This document shows, in pieces, positions 24,736 through 33,263 of a DNA stretch of 48,322 nt. The first letter of the stretch is position 1, and every line of letters begins with the position of its first letter. The position numbers and the translations under genes are program-made. Below the pieces are notes generated by a model. The model was given only the letters and a program-made list of their open reading frames with translations. It did not search any database and was not told the origin of the DNA. This stretch comes from Candidatus Uhrbacteria bacterium (GTDB taxonomy: Bacteria > Patescibacteriota > Patescibacteriia > UBA9934). Location: positions 69,332 through 117,653 of the forward strand of contig CAIKHN010000024.1 of NCBI GenBank assembly GCA_903827265.1, written 5' to 3'.

Positions 24736-26249
24736 TATACAAGCCGCTCCAATGCGCGAGTCAATGCGCTGATAATCTTTTCGACCTCAATAACCGTCTC
24801 GGTTCCCGCACTAATTCGAAGAAACGGTTCTGTGGTTCCAACGGCGCGCAACGCCGTGAGATATACGCGAGTTTTTGACAATCCAAAACTGCTTCCGGCA
24901 ATGAGTTCGACTCCGCGATTTCGCGCTTCTTCAACCGCGTACTCAAGAAACTTCATGTGCGTTGCGGTCTTTCGATATCGTTCTTTTAAGACGATGACGA
25001 AGAAAGCACCGTGAAAGTCTCGATCTTTCATCCAAGCATGCGCCGGATGATTCGGTAACCCTGGATATACAATACGCTCAAGCACGGTTCGACGATCGGA
25101 TCGAACGTGAATATCGAGTGCCTGCGCAATCATCGTTGCGTTCCGATGATGTCGACCTAATCGTTTCTTGAGAATCGATCGATTCGGCCACGGCAGCGAA
25201 AGCACCGATGCATCGACGAGATTTGTTCCAATATGCATCCTTCTACCGAAGAGCGGAAACGGGGACATCGCGGTTCGCCACATGATTCCTCCACTCACCC
25301 GATCCATTCCGTACTGATGAAATTTCAAAAGACTTTCAAAGACAATGACGTGCAGTTTTATATTGAGCAAAGGAATATCATTCAATACTTGATACGTCAT
25401 CGACGTTCCTGTTGCATCGAGAACGAGCGTCAATGGAGACTCAAGAACATGAAAAATCCGAGGAATCAACGTCGCGAGATCCGGTGCCGCCATCGTTATC
25501 GCATTACACATCGTGTCCAAGAAAAGCACCGAAGGCTTATGAACACGAATCGCTTCAATGATCGCCTCGACGTCCATCTCGTCGACAAGAATAACGCGAC
25601 TGGGGAAATAGAGTTGCGCGATTTGAATATTTTCAAAATAACTCGATGCACCAATCAACACCGGCCCCTTGCATGTTGGATCGTCGAGGAGCGTTGCGAC
25701 AATAGTCGTGAATGCAGCCATTCCACTTGCTGTCACAAATGCAAACGGCGTGAATCGCAACGCGGAATCGATATATTCTTTTACAAATGCCTGTTCGTAT
25801 CGCAGTTCGTCCCAATGCTGATCACGTTTATAATCATTCACTGTTCCGGTAATACTCCCCGTCTCAAGCCCGGCCTGCGAGTGCTTCGCGGCCAAAAACG
25901 ATGGCGATTGCCAACCGGAAGACGCGAGGAGTGCACCACTCACACCCTGAAAATTTCTCAAAATATCGGCGACACGATCGCGAACCTGCAAACATTCATC
26001 CAACCGGCTCTGATCACGGACACTCAACAACTCGCGGAGATCGCTCGCGCATTTTTCGTAGATTGATAGCAAAGTTTTTTCTTGATCAAGAAGCGCTGTC
26101 GATGTTTCCGGAAGAAGATGCTTCTGGCGCTTCGACCGAAGCGCCGCAATACGCTCGGATCGATCTTCGATGATCCACAAAAGCTCGGCGCAGTCGTCGC
26201 GGAGATCCAGGAATGATTGTGCAACAGCATCGTCCATATCTTCAAGCAT
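24735..26249 (-). CDS. PLP-dependent enzyme of the Cys/Met-metabolism (cystathionine synthase/lyase-like) fold with N-terminal extension
   Basis: ASGMAAFTTIV and FESLLKFHQYGMDRVSGG (candidate PLP lysine) are typical of fold-type I trans-sulfuration enzymes. About 130 extra aa at the N-terminus are unassigned. Confidence 0.6.
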   Translation of the reverse strand: MLEDMDDAVAQSFLDLRDDCAELLWIIEDRSERIAALRSKRQKHLLPETSTALLDQEKTLLSIYEKCASDLRELLSVRDQSRLDECLQVRDRVADILRNFQGVSGALLASSGWQSPSFLAAKHSQAGLETGSITGTVNDYKRDQHWDELRYEQAFVKEYIDSALRFTPFAFVTASGMAAFTTIVATLLDDPTCKGPVLIGASSYFENIQIAQLYFPSRVILVDEMDVEAIIEAIRVHKPSVLFLDTMCNAITMAAPDLATLIPRIFHVLESPLTLVLDATGTSMTYQVLNDIPLLNIKLHVIVFESLLKFHQYGMDRVSGGIMWRTAMSPFPLFGRRMHIGTNLVDASVLSLPWPNRSILKKRLGRHHRNATMIAQALDIHVRSDRRTVLERIVYPGLPNHPAHAWMKDRDFHGAFFVIVLKERYRKTATHMKFLEYAVEEARNRGVELIAGSSFGLSKTRVYLTALRAVGTTEPFLRISAGTETVIEVEKIISALTRALERLV

Positions 26250-26276
26250 GCTACCAGAACATGCTAAACTCTTTCT

Positions 26277-27167
26277 ATGTTTTTATCCCTTTTCTCGCAA
26301 AAGCCCCGAAAAATCGATGCAATCGAGATTCTTGGGAATTTACCAGGGGAAACGCTCCTCATTACCGCAGGCATGGACGGCGACGAATACGCTGGTATTG
26401 CCGCAGCCCATGAAATCGTTCGACGATTCTCCTCGCGAGCGTTTTCTGGAAAACTCGTCGTTATCCCAATCGTGAACATGCCAGGATTCATGAATGAATC
26501 GAGCCATAATCCTATTGATGGGAAGTTTCCGAAAATGCTCTTCCCAGGAAATGCGAACGGGTCATCGACCGAACAGATCGTTGCGTCACTCGCGCCATAT
26601 GCCTTCACCGCAAATTGCTGGCTCGATTTGCATAGCGGCGCAATAACCGAAGGGCTGAATCCATTCCTCTGGCTGCATCGAACGGGACATCACGAGATTG
26701 ATTCACGAATCGATCAAATCGTTTCCGCAAACATCACCGATCGCATTCTTATTGAATCCTGCTCTGTGGGAACAAAGGCTGCGCAGCTCGCGAAACGTGG
26801 CTGCATGTATGTCGTCGCAGAATCTGGAGCTCGGGGAGATCGCAATATCCTCGATATCGAGCGACACGTTCAATGGGCCGAGGCGATGATGTCGATCCTC
26901 GGCATGATCGAGGCACCAGCGACGCAGAGCGAGGCGCCGATCGTCATGAACCACATCCGATACGTTACTGCATCACACGATGGCATTTGGGACCCATCAG
27001 CATTCGCGACCGATACAATCAAAACGAATGACGTCATTGGTATCGCGCGATCAACAAATGGCAACAAACCAAAAACGATAGCAGCGCCAGTAGCGGGCTA
27101 TCGTTTGTGGTGGAAGGAAACGATGCGAATGAAGAAAGGTGATGTGTTGTGCGCAATTGGTTTTTAA
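26277..27167 (+). CDS. succinylglutamate desuccinylase/aspartoacylase (AstE/AspA, M14-like) family protein
   Basis: LLITAGMDGDEYAG ... IPIVN ... FPG ... LDLHSG layout. Asp stands where the family usually has the first His ligand (read by eye). Confidence 0.6.
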   Translation: MFLSLFSQKPRKIDAIEILGNLPGETLLITAGMDGDEYAGIAAAHEIVRRFSSRAFSGKLVVIPIVNMPGFMNESSHNPIDGKFPKMLFPGNANGSSTEQIVASLAPYAFTANCWLDLHSGAITEGLNPFLWLHRTGHHEIDSRIDQIVSANITDRILIESCSVGTKAAQLAKRGCMYVVAESGARGDRNILDIERHVQWAEAMMSILGMIEAPATQSEAPIVMNHIRYVTASHDGIWDPSAFATDTIKTNDVIGIARSTNGNKPKTIAAPVAGYRLWWKETMRMKKGDVLCAIGF

Positions 27168-29551
27168 CCACGAATCACCGCGTCCAAACGCAATGCAAGC
27201 TCGCGAACAACCGTCGTCATCACGTCGTCAACCTCTTGGCTTGTCAGCGTTCGATCAGGCGACACTAAAGTTACGCGAACGGTGACACTCTTCTTTCCGG
27301 AAGGAATTCCCTCACCGCGATACAGCTCAACGATTGAACAATCTGTAACGAGATTTTTTGCGCCACGAACAACTGAAGCGATCTTTTCAAACTCAATTTT
27401 TTCATCAACGAGAACGGCGATATCGCGAGTGACCACCGGGAATGCTGGAAGCGCCTTGTATTGATGCGCATGGCGCATGAAGGGGAACAATGCTTCAAGG
27501 TTTATTTCCGCAAGGAATACGGGTCGGTGAATTCCGAATGATGCTTGGAAATCGCTCGCCACCTGTCCGAGGACACCAACGTGAACGCCGTCAACAGAAA
27601 TAAACGCTGTTCGACCATCGTGCCAATGGTCATTCTCACCGTCGCGAGTAATGGTAAATGCAATCCCTGTTTTTTCGCCGAAATATTCCAACACGCCTCG
27701 CAAGTGCATGAATGCATTTTCCGCATCAATAACTCCGTATTCACCAAAAACCATCATCATTCGTTCCTCCGGTAATCCGTCATCCTGTGGAAGATACACG
27801 CGTGCAAGCTCGAAGATATTCGCAGACGCTGTAAATGCCTGATTGCGCTCAATGGCGCGCAAAACCGACGGAATAAGCGACGGACGAAGATGCGTGAGGT
27901 CGGTAGAAAGCGGGTTATACAACGGAAGCGCGTCTTTTGGACTCACACCGTACATTTCCAAATCCGCAACACTCACCATGGAATTACTGAAGAACTCTGA
28001 GAATCCTGCACCAGCTAAAAATTTCTTTGTCCACATTGCCCAATCAAGCGACGCGTCGTCGAATCCTGCTGGTGGACGTGACGCCGGAAGCACCGACGGC
28101 ATATTGTGATAGCCGTACATGCGAGCGACTTCTTCAGTAAAATCAACTTCATCTTCAATATCGTCCTCACGCCAATATGGAACCGTTACCGCGTATCCCG
28201 TTTTTTTCTTTGCTACCTCAAACCCAAGCCGCGTCAGAATATCGACTTGTTGCTCGTCGGAAATATCGACACCAATCCGCCTCCGCGCCGCGTCAGGATG
28301 GAATGGGAAAACTTTTGCCTTTCGTGCTTTTGGATATTCATCAATAACCTGAACGAGCGATCCTCCGGTAATTTCAATCGCAAGCTCGACAGCACGCGCA
28401 AGCGCAACCGGCAATGCCGACGGCGACAATCCCTTTTCGAAAAGCAACTGCGAATCAGACGCAACGTCAATTGCGCGAGATCCACGACGAATCGTGAGCG
28501 CATTGAACGTCGCGGCTTCAAACACAATAGTTGTTGTGTGCGCAGTTGTTCCAGAATCTTTCCCTCCCATGATTCCTGCAACCGCGAGCGCTTTCTCTGG
28601 ATCAGCAATAACCGTGATCGACGGATTGAGTTCAACGACTTTTCCGTCGAGCAATACAAGCTTCTCCCCCTGTTTTCCCTGGCGAACAACAATCGCATCT
28701 TTTGCGATTGTCTCTGCGTCGAATGCATGCATCGGCTGACCAAGTTCGAGCGCGACGTAATTTGTGATGTCGACGATTGCGTTGATTGGTTTCAGTCCAG
28801 CAAAGAGCAAACGCTTCTGCATCCACCACGGTGAATCGCCAACCGTCACGCCCTCCACGACCGCCGCCATGTATCGCTCACAGCGATCATCTTCAAGACG
28901 GACGGTGAAGCTTCCCTCCTTCTCCCCCTTTGAAAGCGAGAGGCCTTTCATTGGAATAAAATCAGCACCAACTGCTGTCGCAGCTTCACGAGCTAATCCG
29001 AGCATCCCCATCGCATCTGGACGATTCGTGGTGATTTCAATATCGAACATTGTGTCGTTGCAATCAAACGCCGCCGCAACCGACGCGCCGGCTGGTGCGT
29101 CAATAACCGCCGTTAAGTCCCAAATTTCGTGATCGCCACACGCAACCTTATCCAGTCCAACTTCCGATGGAGCACAAATCATTCCAATACTTTCGACACC
29201 GCGAATAGATGTCTTCTGCAGCTCCGTCCAATCAGCACCGCCGTGCCATCGTACTCGTGACCCCGGAAGCGCAACCAAGACGCGCATGTTTTCCGCAAGA
29301 TTCGTTCCGCCGCACACAATAGGAACTTCCTTCTCTCCGATATCAACCGTCGCGACGCGCAAACGATCCGCATTCGGATGCTGCGCAATAGACTTCACCA
29401 CGCCAATCACCATGTTTTCGAATCGCTGATCCAAACGATCAATGCTTTCGACACTCATGGAGCGCAACGAAAATTCCTTCGCGAATTCTTCCGCAGAAAG
29501 TTTTGTCTTGACGTGCTCTTTTAACCAATTGTAAGAAGCAAGAATATTCAT
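27164..29551 (-). CDS. pheT: phenylalanine--tRNA ligase beta subunit
   Basis: N-terminal tRNA-binding domain (HPNADRLRV), B3/4 and B5 domains, and a C-terminal FDX-ACB domain. It immediately follows pheS. Confidence 0.95.
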   Translation of the reverse strand: MNILASYNWLKEHVKTKLSAEEFAKEFSLRSMSVESIDRLDQRFENMVIGVVKSIAQHPNADRLRVATVDIGEKEVPIVCGGTNLAENMRVLVALPGSRVRWHGGADWTELQKTSIRGVESIGMICAPSEVGLDKVACGDHEIWDLTAVIDAPAGASVAAAFDCNDTMFDIEITTNRPDAMGMLGLAREAATAVGADFIPMKGLSLSKGEKEGSFTVRLEDDRCERYMAAVVEGVTVGDSPWWMQKRLLFAGLKPINAIVDITNYVALELGQPMHAFDAETIAKDAIVVRQGKQGEKLVLLDGKVVELNPSITVIADPEKALAVAGIMGGKDSGTTAHTTTIVFEAATFNALTIRRGSRAIDVASDSQLLFEKGLSPSALPVALARAVELAIEITGGSLVQVIDEYPKARKAKVFPFHPDAARRRIGVDISDEQQVDILTRLGFEVAKKKTGYAVTVPYWREDDIEDEVDFTEEVARMYGYHNMPSVLPASRPPAGFDDASLDWAMWTKKFLAGAGFSEFFSNSMVSVADLEMYGVSPKDALPLYNPLSTDLTHLRPSLIPSVLRAIERNQAFTASANIFELARVYLPQDDGLPEERMMMVFGEYGVIDAENAFMHLRGVLEYFGEKTGIAFTITRDGENDHWHDGRTAFISVDGVHVGVLGQVASDFQASFGIHRPVFLAEINLEALFPFMRHAHQYKALPAFPVVTRDIAVLVDEKIEFEKIASVVRGAKNLVTDCSIVELYRGEGIPSGKKSVTVRVTLVSPDRTLTSQEVDDVMTTVVRELALRLDAVIRG

Positions 29552-29552
29552 A

Positions 29553-30620
29553 CTAGAATTGTGTGAGGAAACGGAGATCGTTCTTGTACAACGTTCGAAT
29601 GTCGTCGATATTGATGCCGGAGCGCATCATCATGGTGCGTTCCAAACCCCAACCGAATGCGAAACCGGTATATTCGTTCGGATCAAGTCCGCCAGCTTTC
29701 AATACATTTGGATGCACCATACCAGCACCACCAAGCTCCAACCACCCGCCTTTACACAACTTACATTTCACACCATCAACCTTTCCGGTTCCTTCACACA
29801 CTGCACACGAAATATCCAACTCAAAGCTTGGCTCAGTAAAACGGAAATGATACGGGCGCAATCGCGTTGCACGGTTCGCGCCAAAATATCGCTTCACAAA
29901 ATAATCGAACACGCCTTTTAACTCTGTGACCGTCACATTCTTGTCGATCATGAGTCCTTCAAATTGATGGAACATCGGCAAATGACGCGCGCTTGCTTGA
30001 CGACGATAACATTTTCCAATGTTAATCATTCGAATCGGCAACTCGCCTTTTTCGATCTCGCGAACCTGGCCATTGCTTGTGTGCGGCGTAAGCACAATTT
30101 TTCCCTTCTCGCCGACTGCAACTTCGCCGTCATCGCCAACAAAGAATGTTTCCCATTCGTCGCGAGCAGGATGTTCCTTTGGCATGTTCAAACTTTCGAA
30201 CGCGTAATAATCCCAATCAATCTCAGGATGACGCGAGCGAACAAATCCAATGTGCGCAAAAATTCCACTGATCTCGTCGATCGCTTGCGTTGTTAAGTGC
30301 AGATGACCAACAGCCGGCGGAATTCCCGGAAGCGTAACATCAAGCCATTCCTGTGCCTGACGTTCCTCTGCGGCGCCTGCAACAACTCGAGCTTCTGTCG
30401 CCTGAAAACTTGCCTCAATTGTGCGTTTCACGTCGTTTGCGATTTTCCCGGCGTCGCGTCGAGCTTCTGCATCAAGAGATGCGAGGTCTTTCATTGCTTC
30501 CGCAAGACGCCCCTTTCGCCCAAGATATTCGACACGAGCCGCCTCGAGTTCCTCAAGTGTTTTCACGTTCAAAAACACCGCGAGTGCTTCGGTTTGGAGT
30601 TGAAGAAGTGCGTCTTGCAT
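29553..30620 (-). CDS. pheS: phenylalanine--tRNA ligase alpha subunit
   Basis: HPARDEWETFF, class II motifs (FRFTEPSFE, GFAFGWGLER), and a CxxC...CxxC insertion. Confidence 0.95.
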   Translation of the reverse strand: MQDALLQLQTEALAVFLNVKTLEELEAARVEYLGRKGRLAEAMKDLASLDAEARRDAGKIANDVKRTIEASFQATEARVVAGAAEERQAQEWLDVTLPGIPPAVGHLHLTTQAIDEISGIFAHIGFVRSRHPEIDWDYYAFESLNMPKEHPARDEWETFFVGDDGEVAVGEKGKIVLTPHTSNGQVREIEKGELPIRMINIGKCYRRQASARHLPMFHQFEGLMIDKNVTVTELKGVFDYFVKRYFGANRATRLRPYHFRFTEPSFELDISCAVCEGTGKVDGVKCKLCKGGWLELGGAGMVHPNVLKAGGLDPNEYTGFAFGWGLERTMMMRSGINIDDIRTLYKNDLRFLTQF

Positions 30621-30623
30621 ACA

Positions 30624-31712
30624 TTAGCTGAAGAATATACGAACAATATCTTTGACTGTAACAAGTACCACAATCAAGAGCAACGCCGCAAAGCCAATGG
30701 CGTGAACCGTCTGTTCAAACGATGGTGCGGCCTTTTTCCTCCGAATCACCTCATACAGCAAAAACGCGAGGCGTCCGCCGTCGAGTGCCGGGAACGGAAG
30801 AACGTTAATAACCGCAAGGTTAATGGAAAGCATCGCCGCGAACTGCATTAAGTGAGAAATGCCAAGCGACGCAACCTGACCAGTAAGAACCGCAATGCCG
30901 ACAGGGCCAGAAAGGTTTGCCGACACATCCTCATGACGGAAAATACTCGTGACAAGTCCACCAAATGCGGACAGCACTTCCCAGGTAGAACTCAACGTCA
31001 TTTCAACGCCCTTTACTGGCGCGAGATACCACGGATAGCGCACAAAGCCTGTTTCAATGAGCGCGACACCAACACCGTCACGACCAAGCTCTTCAACAAA
31101 TAGCGGCGCTACGGACACTGTTCGCGTTTCGCCGTTATGCGCGATCATTATCGAGAGCGGCGACGCATCGCCGTGCGGCTTCAAGGCATCGCGAGCCGAG
31201 GAACCTGAATCGTACGCAACGCCATCAATCGTCAGCACACGATCGCCAACCTCGACACCGGCAACGTCGGCCGCCGAATTTGGAAGCACATCAACGATGT
31301 TAATCGCGCGATCGGTAACGGTTACACCAGCCTCGACGCCGTCTTCAACAATCGCTGGAAGTCCAAACAAGAACCCGATCGTGAACAAAAACCACGCAAG
31401 AACAAGGTTCATGACGACGCCAGCGATAACAACAGAAAATCGTCGCCACCATGACTGTGATGCAAAACTATCGGGTGCATCAGCGTTCTCGCCAGACTCT
31501 CCTTTGATTTTTACAAACCCGCCGAGTGGAATAGCGTTCACGCTCCACGTCGTTCCAGACTTCGCTATCCACGAAAACACCCGCGGCGGAAAGCCAATGC
31601 CAAATTCCTCAACCGTCATTCCGGCCTTTTTTGCAGCAATATAATGACCAAGCTCGTGCACAAGGACCAAAACGGACAGGAGAAGAAGGAACAAGAGAAT
31701 GGTCCAAATCAT
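30624..31712 (-). CDS. rseP: RIP site-2 metalloprotease RseP
   Basis: HELGHY, a PDZ segment, and NVLPFPALDGG. The ATG at 31712 is preferred because the GTG at 31751 lies inside the upstream hairpin. Confidence 0.9.
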   Translation of the reverse strand: MIWTILLFLLLLSVLVLVHELGHYIAAKKAGMTVEEFGIGFPPRVFSWIAKSGTTWSVNAIPLGGFVKIKGESGENADAPDSFASQSWWRRFSVVIAGVVMNLVLAWFLFTIGFLFGLPAIVEDGVEAGVTVTDRAINIVDVLPNSAADVAGVEVGDRVLTIDGVAYDSGSSARDALKPHGDASPLSIMIAHNGETRTVSVAPLFVEELGRDGVGVALIETGFVRYPWYLAPVKGVEMTLSSTWEVLSAFGGLVTSIFRHEDVSANLSGPVGIAVLTGQVASLGISHLMQFAAMLSINLAVINVLPFPALDGGRLAFLLYEVIRRKKAAPSFEQTVHAIGFAALLLIVVLVTVKDIVRIFFS

Positions 31713-31740
31713 AATGAGCACAGTGTACCTAAAAATGAAG

Positions 31741-31777
31741 AACCCGGCCACATCGCGTGTCGCGACATGTCCGGGTT
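31741..31777 (-). terminator. intrinsic terminator-like hairpin downstream of murD
   Basis: The minus strand reads AACCCGG-23 nt-CCGGGUU followed by CUUCAUUUUU. The interior contains the palindrome TGTCGCGACA. Confidence 0.55.
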
Positions 31778-31988
31778 GCTATCGTGGAGCTACAGTGGGT
31801 GACGGGGAAAGGCCTGTTGCTTTCCCCGCCACCGTAGCGTGTCGCGACAACACCATCGCTGCCGTTTCCCGAGACTTCGGGCAACGAACTAGATGATGAA
31901 GTCGATGGACGAGGAGAACATTGGCACCTCACGCAGGATTCACCTTGCGCATCCGGCGAGTCCGGAAGCGATTGGCATGAAAAGCATA
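31778..31988 (-). other. GC-rich structured intergenic segment (possible ncRNA or long 3'/5' UTR)
   Basis: Several stable hairpins: CGGGGAAAG/CTTTCCCCG at 31803-31828, GTTTCCCGA/TCGGGCAAC at 31864-31885, and CCGG-CGAGT-CCGG near 31953-31965. There is also a second copy of TGTCGCGACA at 31840-31849. Confidence 0.4.
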
Positions 31989-33263
31989 TCAAACCATCTC
32001 GGCCGCAGCAATAAATTGATTTCCGCGGTCTTCGAAATTTTTAAATTGGCCGTAACTTGGAGATGCCGGGGAAAGAAGGCAGATCGATCCTGGTTTTGCG
32101 CGGGCGACGACGTCACCTACGATCTCGCCGAGCGTTTTCATCGGAATCGACTTCCCGCCAACCACCGCGATCGCGTCGGCAATCTTTTCTCCCCCAGGAA
32201 GAATGTACGCAGTGATTCCGAGATCGACTACGCGTTTCGCCAAATCGGCAAAATGATATCCACGATTCTGGCCGCCGAGAATAATCGCGCCGAGATCTTT
32301 TTCAAAAACAGCGATCGCCGCGAGTGCAGACTGCGGAGTTGTCGAGATCGAATCGTTGACGAACCGAATTCCGTGATGAACGCCAATATCCTGCATTCGG
32401 TGCGGCAATGGCTCGAAGGCGGAAAATGCCTTCTCAACAACTGCGCGATCGATACCAAGATAATCGGTGACCGCAAGCACGCCGGCGGCGTTTTCGCGGT
32501 TGTGGTCGCCGAGAAGTTTCAGTGAATTCAAAGATCGATCATTTCGATCAACAAACGGAATCGCCTTCGACTTTACATGTGCTGCGAGGTCGACAAGTTT
32601 TGGAAACTTCTCGTTGTACACAAAAACATCGTTCGCGGCTTGCAGGTCGGCGATGCGCATCTTCGCGGCGTGGTAACTTTCCACGTCGCCGTGATAGTCC
32701 ATGTGCTCTTCGTACAAGTTGAGGATAACAGCGATGTCGGGAGCGATGGTGAGATCGGAAAGTTGGTAACTCGACATCTCGAGGACAAAAATCGTTTCTA
32801 CAGGATCGTTCACGTGTGAAATTGCTGGTTCGCCGATGTTTCCCGCAAGAACAACAGGCTTCCCCGCCGCCTTCAGAACGTGAGCAAGAAGCGACGATGT
32901 GGTGCTCTTTCCTTTCGTTCCAGTAACACCAACAATCTTCCCCTTCCCCTTGCGCTCGGCCATGAAAATATTCGTGCTCGAGGTGAAGTGAGCGCCAGCA
33001 TTTTGCATTTCCTCGACGTACGCGCGATGCCATGGGATTCCTGGAGATTTGATGACGACGGTTTCTGGAGTAACGGCGGCAATAGCGTCGATGAGTTGGT
33101 GATACTCCGGAACACCAATCTCCTGCTCGTCGGTGACGATGATGCGTACTGTGGGAACCTTGGATTTCAAAACATCGTACACCGCTTTTCCTTCGCGGCC
33201 GAATCCTAAAATGATGACAACTTTATCGGAAAGATCAGCGAGATGCATAGACCAATTGAGCAT
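31989..33263 (-). CDS. murD: UDP-N-acetylmuramoyl-L-alanine--glutamate ligase (MurD family)
   Basis: GFGREGKA, GVTGTKGKSTTSSLLAHVL, and Mur ligase middle and C-terminal domains. Confidence 0.88.
   Translation of the reverse strand: MLNWSMHLADLSDKVVIILGFGREGKAVYDVLKSKVPTVRIIVTDEQEIGVPEYHQLIDAIAAVTPETVVIKSPGIPWHRAYVEEMQNAGAHFTSSTNIFMAERKGKGKIVGVTGTKGKSTTSSLLAHVLKAAGKPVVLAGNIGEPAISHVNDPVETIFVLEMSSYQLSDLTIAPDIAVILNLYEEHMDYHGDVESYHAAKMRIADLQAANDVFVYNEKFPKLVDLAAHVKSKAIPFVDRNDRSLNSLKLLGDHNRENAAGVLAVTDYLGIDRAVVEKAFSAFEPLPHRMQDIGVHHGIRFVNDSISTTPQSALAAIAVFEKDLGAIILGGQNRGYHFADLAKRVVDLGITAYILPGGEKIADAIAVVGGKSIPMKTLGEIVGDVVARAKPGSICLLSPASPSYGQFKNFEDRGNQFIAAAEMV

Noticed and set aside
25233-26066. 277-aa plus-strand ORF.
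   Set aside because: It is antisense to the PLP-enzyme gene, and the Arg/His-rich composition is typical of shadow frames.
31790-31862. GCGAUGGUGUUGUCGC on the minus strand resembles the 5' stem-loop of the fluoride (crcB) riboswitch.
   Set aside because: The downstream gene is rseP, not a fluoride transporter. The rest of the consensus (pseudoknot partner, short P3) does not line up convincingly by eye. A cmscan would be needed.
31950-31975. GUCCGGAAG on the plus strand resembles the SRP RNA (4.5S) apical GGAA tetraloop region.
   Set aside because: The flanking bases do not form the closing C-G pairs, and the conserved AGCAGC 3' strand of SRP domain IV is absent.
31729-31992. 87-aa Cys/Ser-rich ORF on the minus strand covering the murD-rseP spacer.
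   Set aside because: It starts at a TTG overlapping the murD stop. Its composition is low-complexity, and it runs through several strong hairpins. The region is more likely non-coding structured sequence.
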